From assembly GCA_963662285.2 (NCBI GenBank), contig CAXXMV010000002.1, positions 704,001-768,000 on the forward strand: DNA of 64,000 nt. The letters are read 5' to 3'. Made by a program: the position numbers and the translations under genes. The notes beneath the pieces were generated by a model, which saw only the letters and a program-made list of their open reading frames with translations, searched no databases and was not told the origin of the DNA. Below, piece by piece: positions 39,947 through 50,471 of this stretch. Position 1 is the first letter of the stretch, and each line of letters begins with the position of its first letter. This DNA is from a bacterium (GTDB taxonomy: Bacteria > Hinthialibacterota > Hinthialibacteria > Hinthialibacterales > Hinthialibacteraceae).

Positions 39947-40948
39947 TTAGTCTCCCTCCAGGTTAAAAATAGATTTTGCATCTAATGGTTTTTTCTTATT
40001 TATATGAGGAACAATGTATTTCTGTATGAATTCTTGGTTTTCTCCACATAGACAGTTCTCATGCTTTCCATCAAACCATGGCGAAGTCAACAACATAGTT
40101 CTCATTTCAGATAGAGATTTATCTTTAATATTACCAAGACTGAAGTGTAAAAAGTTACAAGGCAATACCTGCCCATCCGCAGAAACGCTCATGAAATCAA
40201 CACCAGCTGGGCAATGATCTTCTTCTCCACAAAAAATATCACGATTAACCATTCGTTGCCCAAATGGGAGAATTGGGCTCTCTTCCTGTAATTGTTTTAT
40301 GTATAAGGAATCCTCTTCTGTCATTAAGACATCGGTCAGGCCATCCCATTTTCCAACAGGCTCTGCAATTTGGACATCTATTTTAATATTTTTTTGTTCA
40401 GCAAATTCGTATGCTCTTTTAAAACCTTCTGAATGAAGTGATTGGTGCGTCACTACAATAGAGATTGAAGTCAATAACCCAAAATCCAGTACATCATCAA
40501 TAGCTTTCAAAACTCGGTCATATGATCCTATAGCACGCCGACTATCATGTTCTTCTCGTATTCCTGAATCCAGACTGAAAGCAATTTTATCGACATGAAG
40601 GTCTTTTAACCAATTAATTCTTTCTTTTGACATCTTCCAGCCATTGCTGACAACATTTATAAATGTATCCAACGGATAGCAATTTTTCAGGATAAATTCT
40701 AAACGCTCTAAATCCTCGATAGGTTCTCCACCTTGCAAAACATAATGAAAAACTCCCATATCATAGGCTTCATCCAACAATCGTTTCACATATTTAAACT
40801 CAAGAGCTTTCACATTAACAAATGTATCTGCATAACAATGAGAACATTTCATATTACATTTTGGTGTAACATCTATTGCTAGCGTCCGCAAAGTTCCAGG
40901 AACATAATTACTTTGTCTTATATGCAATCTTGGTTTTTCTGAATACAT
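39947..40948 (-). CDS. Radical SAM / SPASM-Twitch protein
   Basis: CNMKCSHC, QGGEP, CPAG...GQVLPC. Confidence 0.92.
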   Translation of the reverse strand: MYSEKPRLHIRQSNYVPGTLRTLAIDVTPKCNMKCSHCYADTFVNVKALEFKYVKRLLDEAYDMGVFHYVLQGGEPIEDLERLEFILKNCYPLDTFINVVSNGWKMSKERINWLKDLHVDKIAFSLDSGIREEHDSRRAIGSYDRVLKAIDDVLDFGLLTSISIVVTHQSLHSEGFKRAYEFAEQKNIKIDVQIAEPVGKWDGLTDVLMTEEDSLYIKQLQEESPILPFGQRMVNRDIFCGEEDHCPAGVDFMSVSADGQVLPCNFLHFSLGNIKDKSLSEMRTMLLTSPWFDGKHENCLCGENQEFIQKYIVPHINKKKPLDAKSIFNLEGD

Positions 40949-41178
40949 AAATACTCTCCAATTATTCCAGATGCAGTAATTTAGTCAGCAGTGGCAATTC
41001 GTTCAATTGTTTCATGTCTAAATAATATGAAGATATTATATTATCACCCCAAAATCAATAACCTATACTGTATCGAAAATGCGATGATGGATTAGACATT
41101 GATTTATCAATTTTGTAAGCGATGCTACATTTAGTATCCCTAGCACTAGTGATTCATAATAAGAACTCTACATCATCA

Positions 41179-41913
41179 TCAATCTTCGTTTATAATACGT
41201 TTGGGTGATTTGTTATATGTATTTTTACTCAAAAAATATACATCTAAAATCATAAACAGAAAAGTAGTAATAACTTCAAATAAATTCTTCAGAGAGAGCG
41301 ATGTACTGCCATCCGTTCCTCTTTTGTCGCTTACTGGAATTTCATAATAACTGCAGCCAGATTTAAGAGACTTAACACCAAGTTCAGCAATATAACTAAA
41401 GCGTTTTGATCTTATGCGAAAACTTTTTAATTTCTCAGTTGGAAAAACACAAGCCCCACTGATATATTGCACATATACATCAAATATTGTGAGATATATT
41501 ATATTAAATATTCTCGAAATGATACAACGTATTCGGCTGCGGATTTCTATATTAATCACATAGACGAATATTACATCTGCTTTAGAAGCATTTTTAAATA
41601 TTTCTCTCATAGAGTGCTCAGAGAGTGAGTCATCTCCATGAACAATGGAAAATTTGGGGTATTTTGCGATATTAATACACTCTTTCAGACCTTCTCCTAA
41701 TCCTTTATTTTTAGAATGATGTATACTCCTTACAAATGCATACTCTTTCTCTAAACTATCGATAATCTGCGGTGTAGAATCAGTGCTCCCATCATCTACA
41801 ATAATAATATCAAGAAGTATATTTCCAGCATCCTTAGTAGCACGGATTATACTTAAAACTGTATCTTTAATATGCTTTTCTTCATTATAAGCAGGAACAT
41901 AAACACTTATCAT
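41179..41913 (-). CDS. Glycosyltransferase family 2 (DPM1-like)
   Basis: VPAYNEE, IVDDGSTD, NKGLG. Confidence 0.9.
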   Translation of the reverse strand: MISVYVPAYNEEKHIKDTVLSIIRATKDAGNILLDIIIVDDGSTDSTPQIIDSLEKEYAFVRSIHHSKNKGLGEGLKECINIAKYPKFSIVHGDDSLSEHSMREIFKNASKADVIFVYVINIEIRSRIRCIISRIFNIIYLTIFDVYVQYISGACVFPTEKLKSFRIRSKRFSYIAELGVKSLKSGCSYYEIPVSDKRGTDGSTSLSLKNLFEVITTFLFMILDVYFLSKNTYNKSPKRIINED

Positions 41914-41929
41914 ATTAAATCCTTAATAA

Positions 41930-42613
41930 TTATTTGCATTCTTTTCCACCGGACTTTCGGGGCTTGCATCCAATTGCGAATAAATAGTGCAGCATTGGAT
42001 GAAATCCCGTATGAACAATTTCATCATTAGCACCGAAACAAAAAATATGGTGGAAATATTTTCCCATTTCTTCTTCCAAACGGTCCATAGAATATACATT
42101 AACATGACCTTTTTTACTAACAGAAGAAGCATGAATTTGAGAAGTTTCGTTTGGTGTACCAATGATTGTAATACCAGTAGTTTCTAAATTCCCAAGAACA
42201 CCTTTCCAAAAGCGATTAATATGTTTTGGGAAAATATGCTCGATCACATCAAAAGATACTATTGCATCCCATGATCCAGCAGGCATTGAAAAAAAATCAT
42301 TACATATAAATTCAATATTCGAGGAATCCCAATTAGATCTCGCTGTATTTATTGCATCCTCATCTAAATCAATGCCTGTGGCAAATCCACATTCTTTAGC
42401 GAGCAGATATGTTCCAAGACCCTCACTGCAACCGATATCTAATACTCGTTTATTTTTCCCTATTATTTTGGATGCGAATTTATAATACGACATATAATGC
42501 AATGTTCTGCGAGGCGACTTATCAAACCAATACGCAAGGTATCGTCCTAAAGACACACTCTTTACATCCATCATATCGGTAACTTCATCCCAGCGCGATC
42601 TATTCTGTACCAT
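41930..42613 (-). CDS. Class I SAM methyltransferase (paralog 1)
   Basis: VLDIGCSEG, DVIEH, GTPN, GHVN, NDE..HTGF. Confidence 0.9.
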   Translation of the reverse strand: MVQNRSRWDEVTDMMDVKSVSLGRYLAYWFDKSPRRTLHYMSYYKFASKIIGKNKRVLDIGCSEGLGTYLLAKECGFATGIDLDEDAINTARSNWDSSNIEFICNDFFSMPAGSWDAIVSFDVIEHIFPKHINRFWKGVLGNLETTGITIIGTPNETSQIHASSVSKKGHVNVYSMDRLEEEMGKYFHHIFCFGANDEIVHTGFHPMLHYLFAIGCKPRKSGGKECK

Positions 42614-43298
42614 TGGTTTCTCTTTGGGTTTTAATATAACAACCTACGCATATCAAATAATGAGACATTGGCAAAAAACCAGTGTGAACAACTTCATCAT
42701 TCATTCCAAACAGAAAAACGTTATGGAAGTACTGTCCCATTAAGTGTGCTAAGCGATCCGCATCATATAGATTGACATGACCTGCTTTACTGCCACTAGA
42801 CGCATAAGATTCAGAGGTGAGGTTTGGAGTTCCGATAATACAAATCCCATCTTTATTTAGACTGGCAAGAATAACATTGAAAAATTGCTGTTCGTATTTT
42901 TCAAAAATATGTTCAATCACATCAAGGCTAATTACCGTATCATGTTGTCCGAATGATCCATCAAAAATATCTCCCTTAATAAAACGAAACCTTGGATCAG
43001 GCAAATTTTCAATAGCGGTATTTATTGCCTCCTCATCACTATCGACGCCTGTGTATTGTAATGCAAATTCGGAAAGAATAGGAGCGCCTATACCCTCGCT
43101 ACAACCTAATTCCAGGATGCTTTTATTTTTACATGCCATTTTGGCCGCAAATTTATAGCGCGATAGGACAAAAGCCAAGCGTTTAGGATCATTACGATAA
43201 TTAAAAGACCAATGACGCCCAAAAGATTTACTTCTATTACCTAACATAGAAGCAACTTCACTCCATAATTCCTTTTCATTTAAATGTTTGTCGTTCAT
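42600..43298 (-). CDS. Class I SAM methyltransferase (paralog 2)
   Basis: ILELGCSEG, DVIEH, GTPN, GHVN, MNDEVVHTGF. Confidence 0.9.
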   Translation of the reverse strand: MNDKHLNEKELWSEVASMLGNRSKSFGRHWSFNYRNDPKRLAFVLSRYKFAAKMACKNKSILELGCSEGIGAPILSEFALQYTGVDSDEEAINTAIENLPDPRFRFIKGDIFDGSFGQHDTVISLDVIEHIFEKYEQQFFNVILASLNKDGICIIGTPNLTSESYASSGSKAGHVNLYDADRLAHLMGQYFHNVFLFGMNDEVVHTGFLPMSHYLICVGCYIKTQRETNGTE

Positions 43299-44195
43299 TT
43301 ACCTTTTATAGTTCTCTGCGACATATTTGATGCACTTGTGAATGGATGTGAAATCAAATGAAAGGAATGATCTAATATAATCACAATTCATATTCGTTTT
43401 TTTCGGTCTTTTGAATTTTTCATTCAAATCATCTAACGATATACTTTTCACAAGAGATGTATCTACACCTAAGGCGGATGCAATTCTAATCGCAAGTTCA
43501 TATCTTGTCCAGGTTTCTGGAGAACAGACGTGAAATACACCAACAGCATTGTTCACTTGTAAATTCACAATTGCATGAACGATATCATCAATCAGGATAG
43601 GGCTTAAAATTTGATCATGAGCAGCTTTCACCTCTAATCCTTTTGACAATCGTGAGGCTATTTCATCTATTAAGGTTCCATCTCCTTTTTTAAGATCGAA
43701 GACTTTACCTAGGCGCAGGACTAAATAATTACCTCTAGTAATAATCGATATTTTTTTTTCTACATCGACCTTTTGTTTTCCATATTCATTTAAAGGACCA
43801 AAAAGAGATTTTTCTGTATAATTTCCTTCATGACCATCAAATACGTTATCTGACGAAAAATATATCGGTTTCAGATTGTACTCTGCTAATTGATTGATCA
43901 GAGAAAGAGTACCTGTCACATTGCACAAACGAGTAAATTTAATATTTTCTTCACATGTATTTAGTCCTGTCACTGCTGCAGCAATAACAACATCTTGATA
44001 TCCTGATTCATGCAAATGAAAAGGTGTGATGTCTGGATTTTTAAGATCAAACTCAGGTTTTTGACCAAGTCCCGGCGTAAAAGTCCCCAAACATTCCGAA
44101 TCAAATTTATTATAATAATCAAATAATCGCTGTCCAATAAGACCATCTGCTCCGATTACTGCTGTTTTAACTGGTACAATGCTTTCTGTTTTCAT
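43299..44195 (-). CDS. RmlD-like NDP-4-ketosugar reductase
   Basis: GADGLIG, SSDNVFDG, YGKQK. Confidence 0.85.
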   Translation of the reverse strand: MKTESIVPVKTAVIGADGLIGQRLFDYYNKFDSECLGTFTPGLGQKPEFDLKNPDITPFHLHESGYQDVVIAAAVTGLNTCEENIKFTRLCNVTGTLSLINQLAEYNLKPIYFSSDNVFDGHEGNYTEKSLFGPLNEYGKQKVDVEKKISIITRGNYLVLRLGKVFDLKKGDGTLIDEIASRLSKGLEVKAAHDQILSPILIDDIVHAIVNLQVNNAVGVFHVCSPETWTRYELAIRIASALGVDTSLVKSISLDDLNEKFKRPKKTNMNCDYIRSFLSFDFTSIHKCIKYVAENYKR

Positions 44196-44222
44196 AATGT
44201 ATTTTTGATTTGTTAAAATTTG

Positions 44223-44260
44223 TTAGATGTTAACACTGATATTAGATGTTAACACTGATA
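44223..44260 (+). repeat. 19-bp perfect tandem duplication at the IS end
   Basis: ttagatgttaacactgata x2. Confidence 0.9.
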
Positions 44261-45226
44261 CCTGGTTGTCGAAATAAAAAAATGTTGTAACAATAAAAAA
44301 TAAAGCCTTGTTATTTCTGTAATCGATTTAAATTCGGTACTAGGATTTGGTCATTAAATCCAATAATGAGGATGAAATGTCCAATGAATCAAGGTAAAGC
44401 AGTTTTATAACAGTTAATGTGTTGCTTCTACTCTATGATTTCAGAAAATGCGCGAAACGCTACCGTGACATTTATAAAATCCATAGGTTTAACAGCCTAG
44501 ATCAATTTCTTTGTATGACTTTTGCTTAACTTTCCTATCGAGAAAGCCTTCGAGATATTGAAGTCTTTTTGAGATCTATGCAATCTAACTATATCATATG
44601 GGCATCCAGGGAAAAGTCTTCCGAAGTACATTGGCCGATGTCAATGATAATCGTAATTGGCGAATCTACTCAGATTTCACTCATGTTATCACTGGCAAGG
44701 CGCTCATCTTATACGCAGTAGATTCGTTTGGAATAGAACTTAACCAAACTGTTTACGCCCTAGATTTATCCACTATTGATCTATGTCTTGCCGTATTTCC
44801 CCAGGCTAGATTCAGACAAAATATAAAGGCGCAATAAAACTACATACTTTCATGTACCTTCGTAGTAACATTCCTGTATTATTCCAGATCACTGATGGAA
44901 AAGTTCATGATGTAAATATCCTGGACAACCTATCTCCAAAAGCCGGATCGTTATATGTAATGGCTCATTGCCATATCGATTTAGCATGTCTATATCGGTT
45001 CAATCCCAATAACGCCAATTTTTCAATTCGCTTCAAAAGCAACTTCAATTAAACGCAACAGTACTCTCAATAAGTTGATAAGCCTACGGGACTGCGATGT
45101 GACCAAATCATAAAGGTTGCAGACAGAATACTGTCAGTCAAAAAAAATCCCGATAATTTTCCTCTTTTCCCTTAACTCCTTTCTGTAAAACCTTTACATT
45201 CAACAATTAATTACCGGACACTAATG
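44253..45226 (+). mobile_element. Decayed IS4-family element (DUF4372-type)
   Basis: Fragments QFLCMTFA*LSYRESLRDIE, STLAD, YALDLSTIDLCL, ITDGKVHDVNILD with stops; terminal ttaccggacactaatg. Confidence 0.8.
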
Positions 45227-45237
45227 AAATGTTCATA

Positions 45238-46305
45238 TTAATCCATCTTAACAACTACCCGACCGGCTTCACTGCTACGTACTAAGTCAATCGCCTTGTT
45301 GATATCATCCAGACTGAACTCATCGGTAATCAAACCATCCAAAGTCATTTTCCCAGACTCGATCAAACGGATAAAGCGGGGAATTTCTAGATGCGGGTTG
45401 GAACTGCCCCCATGAGATCCCGTCAGCACTTTCTTAAAATGAAGCGGCAAAGTGTAGATGGATATGTAGTTATCTTTAACTTTTCGCGGCACACCAACCA
45501 GAATCGTCTTTCCGTCTGGATGAGTCAAATTGTATGCCTGCTCGATAATACGAGCATTTCCCGTAGTATCGATAATAACATCCGCGCCCTTTTCACCAAC
45601 AATCTTCAATATTTCTTCATCCAAATTATCTATCTTTTTGGAATTGAAACAATGAGTTGCCCCAAAACGTTTCCCCATTTCAAGTTTGGAATCAACAATA
45701 TCAATCCCGATAATAGGATTCGCTGATACCAGACCAGCCGCTTGAACGACATTCAATCCGACTCCGCCGACTCCGAATACAACAACCGATTGGCCGATTT
45801 TAACTTCTGCGTCATTATTGATAACACCTGTTGCGGTAGTCACGGCACAGCCAAATAGGGGAGCGAGTTTTAAATCGAAACTGCTAGGAATTGGGGTTAA
45901 CCGGTTTTCTGAAATAATGGCATAATTGTTAAACGTTGTGACCCAACCAGCGTTGACCGTCGTTCCGTTCCAATCATATTTGGGTGGATCGCATTGCAAA
46001 CCATCACTGGGGCGCCAGTGCATTACGACTGCATCATCCGGCTTGACCGTCTTGACACCAGGACCGACCTCGAGAACCGTTGCTGAGCCTTCATGCCCAA
46101 GAAGATGAGGAAGGAACCTGTCTGGTCCCTTCGCTCCTTCGATTTCATTAATTTGTGCACCACAGATGCCACTGTAATGGATTTTCACCAAAACCTGCCC
46201 GAAATCTAGTTTGTCAGGCATACTGATTTCAGCTATTTCAAGTGGTTTACGCTGTTCAACCAAAATGGCCGCTTTAAATTTTTTGACTTGCATAGTATCT
46301 CTCAA
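45238..46305 (-). CDS. Zn-dependent medium-chain alcohol dehydrogenase
   Basis: SGICG, LGHEG, GCAVTT, GVGGVG; lacks the four-Cys structural Zn lobe. Confidence 0.9.
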   Translation of the reverse strand: MRDTMQVKKFKAAILVEQRKPLEIAEISMPDKLDFGQVLVKIHYSGICGAQINEIEGAKGPDRFLPHLLGHEGSATVLEVGPGVKTVKPDDAVVMHWRPSDGLQCDPPKYDWNGTTVNAGWVTTFNNYAIISENRLTPIPSSFDLKLAPLFGCAVTTATGVINNDAEVKIGQSVVVFGVGGVGLNVVQAAGLVSANPIIGIDIVDSKLEMGKRFGATHCFNSKKIDNLDEEILKIVGEKGADVIIDTTGNARIIEQAYNLTHPDGKTILVGVPRKVKDNYISIYTLPLHFKKVLTGSHGGSSNPHLEIPRFIRLIESGKMTLDGLITDEFSLDDINKAIDLVRSSEAGRVVVKMD

Positions 46306-46307
46306 CT

Positions 46308-46970
46308 CTATTCAAAGTAAATAAATTCATAATCACCGGTATATCCAAAATGTCGATACAACCAAATCCATTCTGCTGTATCAAAGAACGATTCAGCCGT
46401 TAAAGCCCAGCATTGCAAATTGAACTGCTCTTCTTCATTCCGGTAGCTTTCCAGCATGATGTATTTCTGCTTACCAACACGCTCCATTTCCTTTAAAGCA
46501 GTTTCTAATTCAAAAATCCGAAGGTTGTGAAAACAACCATTTGAAATAACTAGATCGAAATAATCATCTCCCCATGGATAGCGATCCTGAGCGCGATAGC
46601 GAAATAAATGTTCACGTATCTCTTCTGGCGCATCGGCTAAACCATGACGGGAAATATCAAATCCAATAATAGCCGCTTCTGGAAGAAGTTGCTTCATTTC
46701 ATGAATAATGTACGCTTTACCACATCCAATATCCAAGACTTTGGAATTGTTATCCAGACCATAAATGTCGATATACTCTTGCGCGACGGATTTCCAGCGT
46801 CCATCGTACTTGTATCCGCCATATCCGTAACGGCGGTCACCATCCCAATAGTCAAACTCATATTCTTTGGCTTTCATCATACAATGTACTTTTTCATCGA
46901 TCATGCGCGGTAAATACTCTCGTTTCGCACGTTTGTGCATTTTTGTCATAATATTCATTAAACGGCCCAT
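46308..46970 (-). CDS. Class I SAM methyltransferase
   Basis: YWDGDRRYGYGGY, VLDIGCGKA, FDLVIS. Confidence 0.88.
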   Translation of the reverse strand: MGRLMNIMTKMHKRAKREYLPRMIDEKVHCMMKAKEYEFDYWDGDRRYGYGGYKYDGRWKSVAQEYIDIYGLDNNSKVLDIGCGKAYIIHEMKQLLPEAAIIGFDISRHGLADAPEEIREHLFRYRAQDRYPWGDDYFDLVISNGCFHNLRIFELETALKEMERVGKQKYIMLESYRNEEEQFNLQCWALTAESFFDTAEWIWLYRHFGYTGDYEFIYFE

Positions 46971-47012
46971 GGATGTTCTCCTTGTGGATATTATTTATTT
47001 GTTATATATAAA

Positions 47013-47942
47013 TTAATGGTTCATTAATTGATTTACAACCTTAACGATAGCATCATCCGTGATATCATACCGCTTCATTAAACTATCTTGAGAACCATAT
47101 TGATCTGGAAATACATCAGGGATACCAATTCGCTTAAATCGTGTTCTCATTCCTAAATCCGATTCGATCAATAACTCCGCTATAGCGCTTCCCAATCCTC
47201 CAATAATGGAATGCTCTTCCACCGTAACAACCGCTTTCACATCTTTTGCCCGTTCCAATATAGATTTTTGGTCGAGTGGTTTAATCGTCGGTATATGGAG
47301 AATAGCCGCATCAACTCCTTGTTGGCATAATAACTCAGTTGCTGCCAGAGCAAGTTTTAATGTAATCCCTGTAGTTATTATCAAAGCATCTTTTCCTTCA
47401 CGAATAGGCAAGCCTTTCCCAATTTTAAAGGGAATCTCATCCGTCGTCACGATAGGATCAGTAAATCCCTTACCCATTCGAATATATAAAGGTCCAGGCC
47501 AATCAACAGTCTGGGGTATTAATCTTCGCATTTCATCCGCATCGGCTGGCGCAACAATAGCCATATTGGGTAAAGCACGGAATATGGCGATGTCTTCAAT
47601 AGCCAAATGGGTAGAACCCAAGGGTGCGTATACCATCCCGGCGCCGTTTCCAATCAAACGAACATTGACATTGTGCATACACATATCCATTGCAACTTGT
47701 TCGAAACAACGCCGTGTAATAAATGTGGCAATGGTGTTAACGTAAACAATTTTCCCTTCCATCGCCAAACCCGATGCCATCCCCACAGCATGAGCTTCAT
47801 TGATACCTTCCATGAAAAAACGGTCAGGCATCTCTTCTCGAAACTCTTTTAGCGTTCCAAATCCAAGATCAGAACCAATAAAAAAAATCCGTTCATCTTG
47901 CTTTGCCAATTCGTAAACGAGGTTCAAACAAGTACTCCGCAT
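47013..47942 (-). CDS. Transketolase, C-terminal subunit
   Basis: GSDLG, EGINEA, THLAIED, TIKPLD, EEHSIIGGLG. Confidence 0.92.
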   Translation of the reverse strand: MRSTCLNLVYELAKQDERIFFIGSDLGFGTLKEFREEMPDRFFMEGINEAHAVGMASGLAMEGKIVYVNTIATFITRRCFEQVAMDMCMHNVNVRLIGNGAGMVYAPLGSTHLAIEDIAIFRALPNMAIVAPADADEMRRLIPQTVDWPGPLYIRMGKGFTDPIVTTDEIPFKIGKGLPIREGKDALIITTGITLKLALAATELLCQQGVDAAILHIPTIKPLDQKSILERAKDVKAVVTVEEHSIIGGLGSAIAELLIESDLGMRTRFKRIGIPDVFPDQYGSQDSLMKRYDITDDAIVKVVNQLMNH

Positions 47943-48817
47943 TAGTTTCCTTTCAAAGCACCATAGAGAGCCACGATTTCCTCATCTTTCAGGCGGTTTT
48001 TATGATGCCATGTCAAATCATTCTCAACGAAAGGAATCCCTTTCCCTTTCACAGTATGGCAAATAATCGCGGTTGGCCGATCATCATGTAAAGGTATTTG
48101 AGATAAAACAGTTCGGAGTGCTTCAACATCATGACCATTGACATCTATAACCGCAAATCCAAAACTTACCCATTTATCAACCATCGGCTCCAAATTCTGG
48201 ACATAGTATGTTGTATCATAGGATTGCTGTTTATTGTAGTCAATCATCACGCAAAGATTTGATAGATGCCGATTTCCAGCACTTAAAGCAGCCTCCCATA
48301 CTGAACCTTCATTACATTCACCATCCCCAAGAACAACAAATATACGGTGACCAGATTTCGCATATCGCCCATAAGCCGCCATACCCACGCCAATCGGTAA
48401 ACCATGCCCTAATGCTCCGGTTGAAGCTTCTATCCCCGGTACTTTCAAAGCATCTGGATGCCCCCCCAAGATACCATCAGACTGGCAAAATTTCCACAAC
48501 TCACCTTCAGGAAAAAATCCTTTCTCACCTAATAATACATACTGCGCCAAACAACCATGCCCTTTACTCAAAATGCAACGATCCCTCTGATCCCAGTCAG
48601 GATTCTTGGGATCGTATTGTAAAATATCATCATAAAGCACACGGAAAATCTCGATTAGAGAAAAAGTGGCGCCTATATGTCCGCGCTTGCTGCACTCAAG
48701 CATCTGGAGAATTCTTCGGCGAAGTTCTATTGACCGGCCGTCTAGTTGTGTATCCCCGCCAATTTGATTGTCAAGCGAATAACCAGTCCCGCTCATAATT
48801 GCTTTCCACCTCATCAA
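47942..48817 (-). CDS. Transketolase, N-terminal TPP-binding subunit (start probably 48796)
   Basis: LSKGHG, STGALGHG, GDGECNEGSVWEA, HTVKGKG. Confidence 0.92.
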   Translation of the reverse strand: MMRWKAIMSGTGYSLDNQIGGDTQLDGRSIELRRRILQMLECSKRGHIGATFSLIEIFRVLYDDILQYDPKNPDWDQRDRCILSKGHGCLAQYVLLGEKGFFPEGELWKFCQSDGILGGHPDALKVPGIEASTGALGHGLPIGVGMAAYGRYAKSGHRIFVVLGDGECNEGSVWEAALSAGNRHLSNLCVMIDYNKQQSYDTTYYVQNLEPMVDKWVSFGFAVIDVNGHDVEALRTVLSQIPLHDDRPTAIICHTVKGKGIPFVENDLTWHHKNRLKDEEIVALYGALKGN

Positions 48818-49820
48818 GCATTCGATTCACTTTCGCAAGTTGTTCAACGCGTCGGCGCTCTATTTCAATCGATTGTGTAGCTGCAAAATCACGACGGGCA
48901 AGATCCGCCGGTACAAATTCATTCAGTAAAATCATACACCATTTCAGAGCAAATAAAGGATACACCGCCAATAAGCGGTTAGGCAATGCCCCGGAATGGC
49001 CAAAATGGTTTAATAGGCTTTGAACAAACTGCGTCTTTAATTCAAAAGTAATTTCCATTCCTGGATGCAAAACAAAATCTGAAATCATTTTTGCAGGATC
49101 ATCCCATCCAAAATATTCAAAATCCAAAAAAATCAACCGACCCTCTTCACAACGTATCGCATTGTGATATCCAAAATCAGATGGACTCAGAGTTCGTTGT
49201 TCGACGGGAAGCAATTCATCCGTCCGACCGCCTTTTACCTCAATACAATGCCGACTCCATACCTTAATGTACTCGAAAAAATCCTTGATCCGTCCTCCCA
49301 GCAATAGCAACATTTCAGGTACTAACACACCGTCTTCAGGTATGGATTGAAGACGGATAAAACGGCGTTCGAGCACAGCAGTCATAGCATCAAGCGTAAA
49401 ACAAGCCTCCGAAGCGGGATTCAATTGATTCGCTCCAGGCTTATATTTCAATCCTTCCAATTGCACCAAAAACTCGGATGCTTGTTGAATATCATTATCG
49501 GAAATATCTCGGATATCCGCTCTTGTACCATGAACAAACTGGTATAGTGAAAAACCATTATCACGATCACAAAGGATTGGTTCGGGAATCTGTCTAATAC
49601 CATTTTTCCATAGAAAACTCAATCCACCAAATTCAGTTCCCTGTCGATCTCGGGTATCTTCTTTATGAGAATAATAGACCTTTGCTGCAAGATTCCGACC
49701 ATCATCGCAATCCAAGTGATACACTTGCGAATTCCTTCCACCACCAATCCGCTCAAAACTACTTATAGGGACCTCAAGCAGTCTCTCAAAAAGTTGTTGT
49801 AAATAGGCTGTATTATTCAT
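48771..49820 (-). CDS. Aminoglycoside-phosphotransferase-fold kinase
   Basis: GGGRNS, AAK, LSPSDFGYHN, LDFEYFGWDDP. Confidence 0.85.
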   Translation of the reverse strand: MNNTAYLQQLFERLLEVPISSFERIGGGRNSQVYHLDCDDGRNLAAKVYYSHKEDTRDRQGTEFGGLSFLWKNGIRQIPEPILCDRDNGFSLYQFVHGTRADIRDISDNDIQQASEFLVQLEGLKYKPGANQLNPASEACFTLDAMTAVLERRFIRLQSIPEDGVLVPEMLLLLGGRIKDFFEYIKVWSRHCIEVKGGRTDELLPVEQRTLSPSDFGYHNAIRCEEGRLIFLDFEYFGWDDPAKMISDFVLHPGMEITFELKTQFVQSLLNHFGHSGALPNRLLAVYPLFALKWCMILLNEFVPADLARRDFAATQSIEIERRRVEQLAKVNRMLDEVESNYERDWLFA

Positions 49821-50440
49821 CCTTGATTTTCAAATAGGAAATCGTAAATCTCGGCCCATGAACTGCATATCCTAATTCCCGTTCTCTGCTTATAACGTAG
49901 ATGAGGATCAAACAGGATTTTCTGCACCTCAGAAGGAAATGATGGCTCAAGATATGTTTCTTCAAGATCATCGATAAAAACAGTACATCCCAAGTGTTTG
50001 ATACGGTTAATTTTCTTTTCACGCGCTGATTCAAAAAAAACTCTTTCACGGCTCATACCTAAAACATTCGGATCGAAAAATCCCTGACTGTCCAACCATT
50101 GTAAAGCCGCAGTCCTAAGATTGGTATATGTCAGATCATAATTTGCATGTTCAGTTTTATGACTCACAATAAACACATCAATACATTTTTGTTTGCATGT
50201 CTGAAATAACGCATCAACACCCGGAATAAGTTGGGCTTCAGGCATCCGGGGACCGTAAATTTCAGCTTGCAATTTTTGCCATTCGATCTCTCCATTTGGG
50301 ATCAACCGAATCGCATCACGTATAGCTTTTTTTTCAGAATTCACTTCTGGGCTAATCAAATCCCGCTCTACAGCAATCCTATAGAAAACTTCGTCATAAC
50401 TGACTATCGTATTATCTAAATCAACACCAATCGATCCCAT
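49817..50440 (-). CDS. HAD-family hydrolase
   Basis: GVDLDNT, VSHKT, FIDDL. Confidence 0.85.
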   Translation of the reverse strand: MGSIGVDLDNTIVSYDEVFYRIAVERDLISPEVNSEKKAIRDAIRLIPNGEIEWQKLQAEIYGPRMPEAQLIPGVDALFQTCKQKCIDVFIVSHKTEHANYDLTYTNLRTAALQWLDSQGFFDPNVLGMSRERVFFESAREKKINRIKHLGCTVFIDDLEETYLEPSFPSEVQKILFDPHLRYKQRTGIRICSSWAEIYDFLFENQG

Positions 50441-50471
50441 AAGTAAATACCTTTTCTATTATATTTAATAA

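Noticed and set aside
47206-48798. Long plus-strand ORFs opposite the transketolase genes, and similar shadow ORFs elsewhere
   Set aside because: Antisense or alternative-frame shadows of well-supported genes
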